This document shows positions 1 to 9,685 of a stretch of DNA of 64,000 nucleotides, piece after piece. The stretch is taken from IMG/VR virus record IMGVR_UViG_3300029122_000292; one strand, written 5' to 3'. A model generated the notes under the pieces. The model did no database searches and was not told the DNA's origin. It saw only the letters and a program-made list of their open reading frames with translations. The translations under genes and the position numbers were made by a program. Source of the DNA: a virus. Position 1 is the stretch's first letter; each line of letters starts with the position of its first letter.

Positions 1-735
1 CAGTGTTCCAAATGTGTTTGTTTCGGCAAGAGTATTGTCGTTTGTTTGATTCGGCTTCACATTGGCGGAAGTCATTAGATTCTGCAAATTGTCATTTGCT
101 TCCTTGATTTTTTTTGTATCTCCGGTAGCGTCTGCTTTTTCACAGATAAGTTCGCCCTTTGCAATGCGCTTAAACAAAGTTTCTTGTGGCACAGTTTTAC
201 ATTCTTGACGTGTGATCCAATTCTGATAGTGATCCTCAAGAAATAAATAATCCTGTTCCTCCAGACCAGCACCCCAGAATTTAATCATCTTCTGAGTGAC
301 TTTTGTGTTGCCAGTACGACCAGCAGCCAGCGCGTCCTTCTTCTCCTGATCTAACGTATCGTCATAAGACTTCCCCGCGTGCTGTCGCATATTAAGACGT
401 CCCATATATGTGTTGATTTTTGGAGAACCGGGAGTAGAGTGATCTGCAGCTTCAAGAAGTCCGTCACAGTAAAACATATCAAACAACATGGCTAATCGCT
501 TTATTGCTTCGTTCTCATCTCCGTATTTCTTTGCATAGAAGTTGAACATTTCTTCTTTGCATTCGTTGCACCACGGCAAATATCCATCGTTACCCATAAA
601 CCACTGACTCTGCGTCTTTGAGAAATTTCCCTTGCGCACATCATAGATCTTTCCGCAGCACATACATTTACCACCACTCCATGAGGCAGGGACCTTAATG
701 CGTGGCGGTTTCTTTTCAACGGCAGTTCTGGCCAT
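1..735 (-). CDS. hypothetical protein, N-terminal 245 aa of a gene that runs off the window edge; Cys-rich N-terminus
   Basis: Own reverse-strand translation from ATG 735-733 (MARTAVEKKPPRIKVPASWSGGKCMCCGK...) reads to position 1 without a stop. Absent from the ORF track, probably because no stop lies inside the window. Confidence 0.4.
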   Translation of the reverse strand, partial: MARTAVEKKPPRIKVPASWSGGKCMCCGKIYDVRKGNFSKTQSQWFMGNDGYLPWCNECKEEMFNFYAKKYGDENEAIKRLAMLFDMFYCDGLLEAADHSTPGSPKINTYMGRLNMRQHAGKSYDDTLDQEKKDALAAGRTGNTKVTQKMIKFWGAGLEEQDYLFLEDHYQNWITRQECKTVPQETLFKRIAKGELICEKADATGDTKKIKEANDNLQNLMTSANVKPNQTNDNTLAETNTFGTL

Positions 736-976
736 AGTCCTTCACCACCGTTCCGTCATCTGACATATTGTCAAAGCGATACTTGATATCATCCCACAGC
801 TTTAAGATTGCATTGAGCTTTTTTGTTTTGTGGAACTTTGTATATACAGAGCCCGTAGTTGGATGCTCGCCAATCTCTTCATAAAAAATTCCCATTGCAC
901 GAATAAAGAATGCACAACGGCGGGAATAGCAGTAGAAGTAATCGCCTCCTAAATCTTTATGAAATTTTTCTTCCAT
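716..976 (-). CDS. hypothetical protein (86 aa)
   Basis: ORF track; compact minus-strand gene order. Confidence 0.5.
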   Translation of the reverse strand: MEEKFHKDLGGDYFYCYSRRCAFFIRAMGIFYEEIGEHPTTGSVYTKFHKTKKLNAILKLWDDIKYRFDNMSDDGTVVKDYGQNCR

Positions 977-1146
977 CTTTGAATTCTGGAACCTCCTTTA
1001 CAATTTAATTTCATGGGTACAGGTATGCGAGTCGAACGCATCTGGAATTTTTCCTTGTCTCAGCTTATGAGGCTGGCCAGCACACCGGCGCTGTCACCTG
1101 CGACATATAGGGCTCGCCTTTTCGGACGAGCCGTTTATTTAACTAT

Positions 1147-1320
1147 TGTTGAATTTATCTGACAATTCTTTTAGGATCTGATAAGTCGTTTTCAATTCGC
1201 CATCATCGTTTTTAATATCGATCCCTAGTTCTTTAAGACTGGTTTCAATGTCCTTATCGGGACCAGCATAAACAGAATCGTGTTTGGAACCTGCCAAAAC
1301 AGAACAAATATCGTCCATAA
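1147..1320 (-). CDS. hypothetical small acidic protein (57 aa)
   Basis: Own translation MDDICSVLAGSKHDSVYAGPDKDIETSLKELGIDIKNDDGELKTTYQILKELSDKFNNS with GAGGAG ribosome-binding site 8 nt upstream; below the ORF-track length cutoff. Confidence 0.4.
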
Positions 1321-1380
1321 TAATTCTCCTCTACAATATAAAAACGCCCTGAGCGATTAAGCGCAGAGCGTCTAAATCTG

Positions 1381-2580
1381 TTAAATTACTATCTTTGCTG
1401 GTTTTTCAAGCTTCACATCATACAGACAGGTCAAACCATCATCAGCAATAACAGCTACGGCCTGCTGTGGGATATCATTCTTGCGAATACCAACGGCATA
1501 ACTATCAGTGCCGCATACGCAGCCGCTTTCAATAACCTTTGTCCCGTGTACAGTTGTCATTCCGTTTGTGTGGCGATGTCCGAGGAAGACCAAATCAATC
1601 GGCTGTTTCACCATCATGGTCAAATGTTCAACGACGTTAGCAGGGGAGTCTTTATCTCCATGTGCATACATCACCAGACTATTACGAGCCTTAAATCCAC
1701 CAAACGTAGGATCGAGCTTCTCTGTTTTTACTTCAATGCCAGCCAGATTCTGTAGCCGTGCCTTCATATAAAACGGAATCAGCGCTTCGAGTTCATCACC
1801 AGCGACTTGTTCGTCCTTGTTTGGGAAAACCCGTGAATGATTGCCGCTGACCGAATACACATCAATGTGTTGGCATACTTCGTACAGTTCTGCTACAAAG
1901 TTGCTTACCAACTCTGCGGCTGTCATAACCTGTTCGATACTATTTTCATTGTTCTGAACTCGAGTGTTAATATGAATATGACCATTGATAAGATCACCAA
2001 GCAACAGCACATGAATCTTTTCGGCAGCATGTCGCTCAACAATGTTAAATACTTGAGTGACATAGCTTTCTAGCCTTGCCTTTAAAATTTCCTTATCAAA
2101 CTTGTTCCATGCAGAGTCAATGCCAGCACCTGTATGTAAGTCAGATAGGCACACAATTAAGTCATGTCCGCTGCCTTCGTACTGTACAATATTCAGGAAA
2201 TCATTCTTGTCATAGGGCACAACAGCACTTGCAATCATTTCCTTGATGGATTCAGCACGCGCAATATCACGATAAACCTTATTTGTTGCCGCCCGCTCGT
2301 CTCGCATCTTGACCTGTTCTATCTTCAGCCGCTGCAACTCGTCTGCCACAGTGCTACCGCACATATGTTCAAGCGCATAGTCGTAGCCGGCCTTCCACGA
2401 CTTATATTTCTTTCGATAAGCACATTCCCCAAAATTGGAATTTGTAGCTTCGTTCAAAACTACGGCTGCTTGATCCCATGTTAATTTTCGCTCAGAGCAC
2501 GCATTGCCAATACGCATCATGTACTCGTCAAAGGATTCGTCATCCGTCTTTCTGAATTCATTCTTTTTAATTTCGTCCAT
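1381..2580 (-). CDS. calcineurin-like metallophosphoesterase (SbcD/Mre11-type or Ser/Thr phosphatase fold) with about 130-aa N-terminal extension
   Basis: Motifs GDLINGHIH, GNHSR, GHRHT typical of the metallophosphoesterase superfamily. Confidence 0.8.
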   Translation of the reverse strand: MDEIKKNEFRKTDDESFDEYMMRIGNACSERKLTWDQAAVVLNEATNSNFGECAYRKKYKSWKAGYDYALEHMCGSTVADELQRLKIEQVKMRDERAATNKVYRDIARAESIKEMIASAVVPYDKNDFLNIVQYEGSGHDLIVCLSDLHTGAGIDSAWNKFDKEILKARLESYVTQVFNIVERHAAEKIHVLLLGDLINGHIHINTRVQNNENSIEQVMTAAELVSNFVAELYEVCQHIDVYSVSGNHSRVFPNKDEQVAGDELEALIPFYMKARLQNLAGIEVKTEKLDPTFGGFKARNSLVMYAHGDKDSPANVVEHLTMMVKQPIDLVFLGHRHTNGMTTVHGTKVIESGCVCGTDSYAVGIRKNDIPQQAVAVIADDGLTCLYDVKLEKPAKIVI

Positions 2581-2588
2581 TCTATACC

Positions 2589-2786
2589 TCAGATCTCAAA
2601 ATTAGAGTTAGTGCGATGAGTGCGATTTAGTTCGCGCAACGCCTCCTCGGCTTCAACATTGCCGGGCAGCTGGGTTAAAACAGACTTGATTTCTTCCGCA
2701 TACCACTTATGAGTAGTGCGAGTAATGTGCACATTGGGGATAATCTTCCGCAGGTAAGTTGCTTCATTCTTAGTAATTTCAATCAT
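2589..2786 (-). CDS. hypothetical protein (65 aa)
   Basis: ORF track, co-oriented and tightly spaced. Confidence 0.45.
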   Translation of the reverse strand: MIEITKNEATYLRKIIPNVHITRTTHKWYAEEIKSVLTQLPGNVEAEEALRELNRTHRTNSNFEI

Positions 2787-2874
2787 ATGTATTAAATCTC
2801 CTTTTAAATTTAAAGTAGAAAGAGTTATACCCTTTCATATATTAAGAAAATAAAGTTAATTTCGTGTATCTTCG

Positions 2875-3669
2875 TCAATTCCGTTTGATTTTCGCTAACC
2901 GTGCCTTCTCTTTGTCTGTAGCACACTCTTTGCAATACAGACTGGCATTCGGTCTCTTTGCGATATACTTTTCACCACAAACAGTACAATAGCATTCTTT
3001 AGGATCAAACAATTCTCGCGCCACTTTACTGAGGTTAAGTCGGTTGTTCTCAAGTGTTACATTGAACGTGTACGCAATTACGTCATCTTTATCAAGTGCA
3101 AAATTCGGATATGTATATAAGCAGCCAATATCGTCTGTTCCAGTTCGATAGAGTAGATGATGCACGTCAGACAGTTCGTACATGCCGCGTACCGTGTTGT
3201 ATCCATCGTCCCAGTTGGACCCACCGCGATACATGATTTCGGTCTGTTCATCAAAACATTTCCCAAACCGCTTCATTTTAAAATCAGTGTCTAATGCCAC
3301 CGTGTCACTGCCATACAATCGGCAGAAGAAGATAATTCCAAGCAAGACTCTAAGTTGTGCCCAGTTGATGTGATAGCGGCGACGAGCGTCGGTGATATAA
3401 TCTAAATCTTTCTGATATAAAACAACTTGATGTACGTCAAGTATTGGTGCGTTATTTTTGCGCCCTCGGCTGAATGTTTGAATCAGATGGCTGCGATCAT
3501 AACTGACAGACTCGGGGTTTCGCATTCGTTCATAATAAATCGTGGCACATTCAATAGGGGAGAGGCTTGTCCGCTTTAATAAATTACGCAGCATCAGGTT
3601 TGACTCGTGATAGTATTTCCAATTGTCAAGAAGCATATTTTCGTTGCAATAAAATGTCGTATAAGCCAT
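2875..3669 (-). CDS. hypothetical protein with C-terminal zinc ribbon (CxxC...CxxC)
   Basis: ORF track; C-terminus CYCTVCGEKYIAKRPNASLYCKEC. Confidence 0.6.
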   Translation of the reverse strand: MAYTTFYCNENMLLDNWKYYHESNLMLRNLLKRTSLSPIECATIYYERMRNPESVSYDRSHLIQTFSRGRKNNAPILDVHQVVLYQKDLDYITDARRRYHINWAQLRVLLGIIFFCRLYGSDTVALDTDFKMKRFGKCFDEQTEIMYRGGSNWDDGYNTVRGMYELSDVHHLLYRTGTDDIGCLYTYPNFALDKDDVIAYTFNVTLENNRLNLSKVARELFDPKECYCTVCGEKYIAKRPNASLYCKECATDKEKARLAKIKRN

Positions 3670-3678
3670 TTAACCTCC

Positions 3679-3954
3679 TTACTCGATTGGTACAATATTG
3701 CCATCAATATAACGACAAAGCTGTCCATGTTCGTTATAGTATGGAGCCATATAGCTCGCTCCTGCACCACCACTAATGTAATAATACATAACTTTTGTAT
3801 CCTTGGCGTACACGATAGAAGTATTCAAAATATGATAAAAATTGTCACTATAATTGTCGGCCCAATTACCATATTGGTCTTCTTTTGTACCGCAGCCAGT
3901 CAGCAAACATCCTATCAAACAGATGGAAATCAATATAACAAAAACCCTCTTCAT
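3679..3954 (-). CDS. putative lipoprotein (91 aa)
   Basis: N-terminal signal peptide with lipobox LLTGC (MKRVFVILISICLIGCLLTGCG). Confidence 0.6.
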   Translation of the reverse strand: MKRVFVILISICLIGCLLTGCGTKEDQYGNWADNYSDNFYHILNTSIVYAKDTKVMYYYISGGAGASYMAPYYNEHGQLCRYIDGNIVPIE

Positions 3955-4211
3955 TCTGTTTTGTCCTCCCAGCCCACAGATTCATGAGCGAATTTTTGGA
4001 TACGTTGAGCTTCGTCCCAGCTAAACATCATCTCGCCGCAATTCGCACATTTCATGGCGGTAACATTTGAGGCTTCGAGTTCCTGTCCACGGCAGTGGAA
4101 TTTATATGTCAGCCCATTTGTCAGTGTCATAGTTCCGCCGCACTTGGGGCATTCCATCTGCTGCGGGGTTTCTGCGTGCTGTGGTTTCTTTTTTTTGAAC
4201 AGATTAAACAT
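3951..4211 (-). CDS. zinc-ribbon protein (86 aa)
   Basis: CPKCGG...CANCG cysteine pairs; start overlaps upstream stop. Confidence 0.55.
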   Translation of the reverse strand: MFNLFKKKKPQHAETPQQMECPKCGGTMTLTNGLTYKFHCRGQELEASNVTAMKCANCGEMMFSWDEAQRIQKFAHESVGWEDKTE

Positions 4212-4494
4212 CGATATTCACCTCTGCTGATTCTGGATAAAATTCTGGATCACCTGAAACATTTTTGCATTGTTGGATTATCTCATTAACCTTTGTTGTA
4301 TACGCAGTTTTACAATCGGCGCAATAGAATATATTAACGTTCTGAATTTTGATTTCTTGATGAGGTGTATTTTTGTTTTTGACTTTTATATCCTTTATAA
4401 CAGCAGGATATACTCTTGTTGAATAACAAAATGGACAATAAAACATATTCTTTTCAAGTTCAGCTATATTTATAAAATATTTAAAATCATTCAT
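4204..4494 (-). CDS. zinc-finger protein (96 aa)
   Basis: CPFC...CADC motif; ORF track. Confidence 0.5.
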   Translation of the reverse strand: MNDFKYFINIAELEKNMFYCPFCYSTRVYPAVIKDIKVKNKNTPHQEIKIQNVNIFYCADCKTAYTTKVNEIIQQCKNVSGDPEFYPESAEVNIDV

Positions 4495-4495
4495 A

Positions 4496-7045
4496 TCATT
4501 TCACCCTCGCCTCATAAATTTTTGGTTCAGCTAAACTATATCGTTGACCAAGGTATTCATACTTGCCATTCGGGTCGTGAACTGGTAACTGCACTGGAAC
4601 GGGTTTGATATTTTCAACTACGCCAGCACCAGCCATGTGCCACAAGAACTTTTTAAACTTGTTAGGATATTTTTCATAGCACAGCACCACTAGAATGTTA
4701 GCCAACTCACGAACATCGGGGCAGACCAGCTTGCACTTGTTACGATACACGTTATAGATTGCTTGCCAGTTGGTTTCATAGGTCTTTGCTTCTTCTTTCG
4801 TCATGATGCCTTCAAGCTCTTTACGATAGAGTTTCCAGTTTTTAGCTTTCTTTTCGAGCTCTAACTGGTTCTTGCGGTATTTATTAAAGTCCAGAAAGAT
4901 GGCTTCGATCTCATTAAATACATCCTGATCATAGCCGATTTCAGAATCGTACATTATGTGCCAATTAAAACTGCCAGCGGGCTCTTTATGCCAACGGACA
5001 CCACGCTCCCAACGCTCGAGACTCATACAAAGTAAATTCATATTGCTGTGTGCCTTGCTAAGATTATGTAAACGTGCATAGTAGGGGCCTGCATATTTCA
5101 TGAAATAGGGCGTGCTCTTAGGACCAGTACCATATTTTTGTATATTTCTGGGAATCTTATATCCACAGCCAGTTTTAGCTCTATCGATTTCCTTTCCATT
5201 TGCGACTGACAAAAGAGAAACATATTTCAAATATTCTTGTTTTGTCTTTTCAGTCTTAGGAACTTTGTTTTGATAGACAGTGCTTAAATTTGAAATCTCG
5301 CCAATTTGACTTTTAAGACCACGAAGAGTACAAGCAAATTTATTGTCAAGGGTATCAGTTTCAGCAAGAGCAGTCTTTTTGTCCTCAAGATCCAACGTAA
5401 TAGGGATATCTGTATGTACTCCGGGAATCATGGAAGGTTCATCAATAACAAGGACGAGGTCGCCGTCAAAATCGGAACCATTGAGTCGAGGTGCATTAAT
5501 GTCATAAATCGAAGTGAAACAACAATTTACAAGTCCATGAAAATATTTTTGAGTCAATTCATTATCGACGGCGCTAACAAGCAGGTGCTCTGATCTTGAT
5601 ATATGGGGGTTTCGTTCACAAATGCGGTCTCCAAGTGCAACGCCACGACGATCAAAAGTATAAATCTCACCAGCCTTTAACGCTCCAACAACAGGGAGCC
5701 CGCCAGCCCATTCCATTAGAGCAACAAGATCTGGTACCCAAAATTTAAATGTTGCATTCATCCAGAGTTTTCCACATTTAAATCCATCACGAGTTTTATC
5801 AAGTAAGGAATGGACATACTCTTTAACGCATGGCTCGTGAATCATTTCTTGATTACGTGCTAATGCAGCAATATAATGATTCAATGGATTAACATCGTCA
5901 GCCATTAATCCAAGAAAACAATCAGTGTAAAAAATATCATCACTTGTGACTTTTTCATAAAAATCTACAGACATGTCAGCGAAGTGTTTGAAATCATCGA
6001 ATTCTAGGTCTATATTTTGCAAAATTTGATAATTGCATTTTGTGGTTAAATTTTCTCGTTCAGCGCTATAATTCCATTTCGCAATAGCAAAGCAGCTTTT
6101 TGTTTTACGAAACCATTCCAAATATCTCTCCCAGTCTTTATATGTGCCGTCTTTCTTGAAATATTTATATCCTTTATAAAGGCTGACGGTAAGAATCATA
6201 AGTGGTTCACTGCCGGGAGTTACATCATATTCTTGTCCCCAAATATCTTTGATTTTTGTAACGCCACGCTCCGCATAAAATGATTCATAATCAATCTCGT
6301 GCATGCATCCTTTGATATATGGTGCGCGAATAATACAACTGTTAATATGTTCGTCAGTATTTATTTTGCGTTCAATCTGGCGCATGATTTCTGGATGACA
6401 AATACCTGCACCATCGAAGCAGTTAATAGTGATATCGGCTTTCTTTACAGCGACATCTTTTTGTGTCCAACTTCTTTTGTTGCCAGCTTTATCAATGAAT
6501 TCTGTTGTTTTATCGTATAGATATTCAACCATTTGGTCTTTAATTGTATTCTCGTAATCATCAACGATACAAATTTTAGGTTCCCATTCCGGTAAGCAAA
6601 AAGCAGACGAAAGATTCAAACCACGATAAGCATAATATTTGCTAAGAACAGTTGGCGTTTCAGAAAAATCAAGTCCCATACTAATTCGCCTATCAAGTTC
6701 TGGTGCAATATGACGTTCAACAAAGCTGAGCATGCTTTGACGAACCATACTTGCACTGCGTTCACTAAACAAATACGTTTCTCCATTGATTTTAAATCCG
6801 TGTTTCACAAGGCGTTCAAGAGCTTTTGGTTTGTTGTATCCACCTGTAGCGTCAACAAAAACAACAAATTTCTGAAACTTATCGTCATTCATAGATATCA
6901 TACGAATTTGGCGGAACATCATGTTATCTCCCTGTAACACAGTGAAATGAATAAGTTCTTCGTTAGTTAGTTTGAAATTATAATCATGAGTAATAATATA
7001 GTTAAGAGGAAATTTTAAAACGCTATATAATGGAGGAGAAAACAT
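4496..7045 (-). CDS. 849-aa protein with NGSDFDGD motif; candidate non-canonical single-subunit RNA polymerase (YonO / two-barrel type)
   Basis: Long ORF. DxDGD, the metal-binding signature of double-psi beta-barrel RNAPs (YonO has DFDGD), found as SDFDGDLVLVID. Rest of the fold cannot be verified by eye. Confidence 0.45.
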   Translation of the reverse strand: MFSPPLYSVLKFPLNYIITHDYNFKLTNEELIHFTVLQGDNMMFRQIRMISMNDDKFQKFVVFVDATGGYNKPKALERLVKHGFKINGETYLFSERSASMVRQSMLSFVERHIAPELDRRISMGLDFSETPTVLSKYYAYRGLNLSSAFCLPEWEPKICIVDDYENTIKDQMVEYLYDKTTEFIDKAGNKRSWTQKDVAVKKADITINCFDGAGICHPEIMRQIERKINTDEHINSCIIRAPYIKGCMHEIDYESFYAERGVTKIKDIWGQEYDVTPGSEPLMILTVSLYKGYKYFKKDGTYKDWERYLEWFRKTKSCFAIAKWNYSAERENLTTKCNYQILQNIDLEFDDFKHFADMSVDFYEKVTSDDIFYTDCFLGLMADDVNPLNHYIAALARNQEMIHEPCVKEYVHSLLDKTRDGFKCGKLWMNATFKFWVPDLVALMEWAGGLPVVGALKAGEIYTFDRRGVALGDRICERNPHISRSEHLLVSAVDNELTQKYFHGLVNCCFTSIYDINAPRLNGSDFDGDLVLVIDEPSMIPGVHTDIPITLDLEDKKTALAETDTLDNKFACTLRGLKSQIGEISNLSTVYQNKVPKTEKTKQEYLKYVSLLSVANGKEIDRAKTGCGYKIPRNIQKYGTGPKSTPYFMKYAGPYYARLHNLSKAHSNMNLLCMSLERWERGVRWHKEPAGSFNWHIMYDSEIGYDQDVFNEIEAIFLDFNKYRKNQLELEKKAKNWKLYRKELEGIMTKEEAKTYETNWQAIYNVYRNKCKLVCPDVRELANILVVLCYEKYPNKFKKFLWHMAGAGVVENIKPVPVQLPVHDPNGKYEYLGQRYSLAEPKIYEARVK

Positions 7046-7061
7046 CTATATCAATTCTCCT

Positions 7062-7412
7062 TTACTTTAATTTGTTTTGGAAATCGTCGTCATCGCCAGA
7101 GTCATCATCGCTGTCATCCAACTCGCTATTGCACACAACGTAGTAACAATCAATTGCACTGCTAATATAAAATACAAGAAGGGGAGTAATAACCAGCGCC
7201 ACGAATAACACTTTTCCAATAATCTGATAGGCCAAGTAGAAGATTACCAGTGTCTCAGCAGCGTGCAGTATCCAATTAAACCAGTCTTTGCTATTGATAA
7301 AAGCAGATACCGCAATAGTCAAAGGAATATTTGTACTCATCATGCCCTGCTGGCCGTCTTCGTCTTGCAGATCGTCAGACTTCTTAGGATCTTTATCCAC
7401 TGTTGCATTCAT
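7062..7412 (-). CDS. membrane protein with acidic C-terminal tail (holin-like topology)
   Basis: Two hydrophobic segments followed by DDSDDDSGDDDD. Confidence 0.5.
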   Translation of the reverse strand: MNATVDKDPKKSDDLQDEDGQQGMMSTNIPLTIAVSAFINSKDWFNWILHAAETLVIFYLAYQIIGKVLFVALVITPLLVFYISSAIDCYYVVCNSELDDSDDDSGDDDDFQNKLK

Positions 7413-7414
7413 CC

Positions 7415-7591
7415 TTACTCTTCATCATCCCACTCGCGGCGTTGCTTGTGGGATTTTTTACTATATTTAGACGCCGGAGCTTCCTGCGCTTTTTCGATCT
7501 CCTGCATAAACTGGTTTTCAATCATGCGCTGTTTGCGGGCTGCTCTCATATATGTACTCTTAGAATTCTTATCTCGTTTGCGGTCACTCAT
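7415..7591 (-). CDS. small basic protein (about 58 aa)
   Basis: ORF 7415..7636 trimmed to the internal Met (MSDRKRDKNSK...) to avoid a 53-nt overlap. Confidence 0.4.
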   Translation of the reverse strand: MSDRKRDKNSKSTYMRAARKQRMIENQFMQEIEKAQEAPASKYSKKSHKQRREWDDEE

Positions 7592-7892
7592 CGCCGTAAT
7601 CCTCCTCACTGTCGTTATCGTATTCTTCCAACCCATATAGCTTATGATATAAATATCGGGTCAAAGAAGGGGACATAGGCGTATAGTCTTCCATCCAGAG
7701 CGTATCATACAGTGAAGCATCACCAATAACTTCCTGCCAGTCCGCGTATACTTGAATCGCGTCAATGATATTTTCTACTGTGACACTATAATTACGCACC
7801 GCATCAACTACGGCGAATCCAATATTAAAAATATCCTGTTTTGAAAATTCTTCTTCTTTCATAATAGTCCTCCTTATAGAAGCGATTTGCAC
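7584..7892 (-). CDS. hypothetical acidic protein (102 aa)
   Basis: ORF track. Confidence 0.5.
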   Translation of the reverse strand: MQIASIRRTIMKEEEFSKQDIFNIGFAVVDAVRNYSVTVENIIDAIQVYADWQEVIGDASLYDTLWMEDYTPMSPSLTRYLYHKLYGLEEYDNDSEEDYGDE

Positions 7893-8095
7893 CGAAGTGG
7901 CTTCTTTAGTTTATCTAATTGGTTGTAAATATCTGCGATTTGCTCTTCTATAGTTTTTATTCTATCCCATGCGGATTCTTCTACAGGTTGTTCTTTGGGT
8001 ATGACAATAGCTGAATTTTTTGCTAAATCGCTCGATATCCAATAACCATAAGGGTTCTCCGGATTTCCAATAAAATCTAAGTCAATAACATCCAT
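7874..8095 (-). CDS. small protein with C-terminal ...RCKSLL tail
   Basis: ORF track; AGGAG ribosome-binding site upstream; member of the CxSLL-tail set. Confidence 0.6.
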   Translation of the reverse strand: MDVIDLDFIGNPENPYGYWISSDLAKNSAIVIPKEQPVEESAWDRIKTIEEQIADIYNQLDKLKKPLRCKSLL

Positions 8096-8107
8096 TTGGC
8101 GTCTCCT

Positions 8108-8335
8108 TTACAGTAAACTGTGACATACAAATGATTTCTTTTTCTTTATTTCAATACTTACTTCAGGACACCGCTCACGAAAAAAATCATATATTGCTTT
8201 ATCTGAAATGCAATCAAGTCCAACTAACTGTCCATCCGAAATTAACAATTCATCATCATAAGACCTGATACTGTCTCCGCGAGCGACCGCATCTATCAGA
8301 AGTCTTGCTCCTTCTTCTGTCCATTCAATAATCAT
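8108..8335 (-). CDS. small protein with C-terminal ...VCHSLL tail
   Basis: ORF 8108..8350 trimmed to ATG 8335 (MIIEW...). That ATG overlaps the upstream TGA (ATGA) and is preceded by AGGAG encoded within the upstream tail codons. Confidence 0.6.
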   Translation of the reverse strand: MIIEWTEEGARLLIDAVARGDSIRSYDDELLISDGQLVGLDCISDKAIYDFFRERCPEVSIEIKKKKSFVCHSLL

Positions 8336-8544
8336 AAAAGGCTCCTGCAAATAAACGATTTCGAATTTCTAATCATATACACAATTTGATCGTATATTTC
8401 TTTATCGGTTCTTCCCCAAAATCCATAGTATTCAAAATCTGGTTTAATTTTGCTTTCATCTATATCAGGTGCAAATGGATAAAGCTTTTTATATTCTCTG
8501 ACGAAACCTTTAATCATATTGAGTTCATCAATCTCATCTCTCAT
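8332..8544 (-). CDS. small protein with C-terminal ...ICRSLL tail
   Basis: ORF track; tail codons TGC AGG AGC CTT TTA TGA carry the ribosome-binding site and start of the next gene. Confidence 0.6.
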   Translation of the reverse strand: MRDEIDELNMIKGFVREYKKLYPFAPDIDESKIKPDFEYYGFWGRTDKEIYDQIVYMIRNSKSFICRSLL

Positions 8545-8948
8545 AATAGGCTCCTACATCTGAGTGGCCGTCTACTGGTTCGAATAATATCTTCCAAGCA
8601 TTCTGGCACGACAGAAAACCCTTTAAACAAATCAAACGTATTGCGGTATATTAAATCATCTATATTTATCTGTCGCATTTTATTTTCACAGATGTATCGA
8701 ACATCAGCTTCTCCATACAGCTTAGTGAATAATTTGCAATATTCAAACGACTTGGCCAATCCAAGATCTTCATCAAAGTAGAACATAGTACACTGTGCAT
8801 TCATTTTACTATAGTCAAACTTTTCACGAAATTCATCCGGCGATTTGCATATTACGATTACTTTGCGGTGTTTTTGTACAGTGTCTAAATTATCATACCA
8901 GTTACATACTGCTTGGTAGTTCTCTGGCTTTACGAATAATACTCTCAT
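8541..8948 (-). CDS. 135-aa protein with C-terminal ...RCRSLL tail
   Basis: ORF track; ATGA-type overlaps with neighbours. Confidence 0.6.
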   Translation of the reverse strand: MRVLFVKPENYQAVCNWYDNLDTVQKHRKVIVICKSPDEFREKFDYSKMNAQCTMFYFDEDLGLAKSFEYCKLFTKLYGEADVRYICENKMRQINIDDLIYRNTFDLFKGFSVVPECLEDIIRTSRRPLRCRSLL

Positions 8949-8978
8949 TGCGGTTTCCTCTGTGGCGCTGCGGCGCTC

Positions 8979-9398
8979 TTATAACAAGCTGTGGCATACT
9001 AGATTCTTTTTATTTCGTTCATGCCATGATGCTTTGATTTTTACGACATGATCTGGGGTCCACATATAGTCAAGCTCGATAGGATGTGCTAAATCCAGAT
9101 TGCTATCCTTATTAACAAGTCGGTAATAATTCATATCATTAAGCTGATCGAATTCTTTTGCAAGCCGTGTCGCTACATCACTCATGGAATTATAGGTATA
9201 TCCGGGTCCAAACCATATCTGATGAAATATTTTTGAACTATCGTCTGCTCTTAAATACCATGCTCTAAAATCACGGTACGATTTGAATGGCATGACCCAT
9301 ACCATGTTATTATCGTTTAATGGGACGTATATCCCATTTTTGGCGTTATAATTTACAGAAGTCAGCATTGCGACTCTGGCGGTTACAGTGTAATTCAT
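8979..9398 (-). CDS. 139-aa protein with C-terminal ...VCHSLL tail
   Basis: ORF track; start ATG overlaps stop of 9395..9658. Confidence 0.6.
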   Translation of the reverse strand: MNYTVTARVAMLTSVNYNAKNGIYVPLNDNNMVWVMPFKSYRDFRAWYLRADDSSKIFHQIWFGPGYTYNSMSDVATRLAKEFDQLNDMNYYRLVNKDSNLDLAHPIELDYMWTPDHVVKIKASWHERNKKNLVCHSLL

Positions 9399-9658
9399 AG
9401 TAAACTCCTACACGTGAGAGGTTTTAAATACCATGGCGTTGGTTTTGGCTCCCACTGGTTAAACAAACGTTCAAAGTAGAACCTTTCGTTTTTCTCGTCC
9501 AAGCACAATCTCACGTCGTGATAATTCACATATTTAGCGTCGGTATCGGCGAAACATTTTAAAATAGCGGACATCTCATTGTAAGTTTCTTTGAAGTAAC
9601 TGGAACGTCCCGTTTGTACGTAATCAATCGCTTCTTTTATAATTTCTTCTCGTGTCAT
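9395..9658 (-). CDS. 87-aa protein with C-terminal ...TCRSLL tail
   Basis: ORF track; tail codons TGT AGG AGT TTA CTA TGA embed AGGAG and ATG of the downstream gene. Confidence 0.6.
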   Translation of the reverse strand: MTREEIIKEAIDYVQTGRSSYFKETYNEMSAILKCFADTDAKYVNYHDVRLCLDEKNERFYFERLFNQWEPKPTPWYLKPLTCRSLL

Positions 9659-9685
9659 ACTATTGGGTTCCTCTAACTGTTGAAT

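Noticed and set aside
1113-1141. Hairpin GGCTCG...CGAGCC + GTTTATTT as terminator for minus-strand genes
   Set aside because: The T-tract is on the plus strand while flanking genes are minus-strand. Orientation is ambiguous, so it is not called.
1508-2484. Plus-strand ORFs 1508..1771, 1546..1755, 1837..2073, 2164..2484 inside the metallophosphoesterase gene
   Set aside because: Antisense shadows of a gene with clear catalytic motifs; no ribosome-binding sites.
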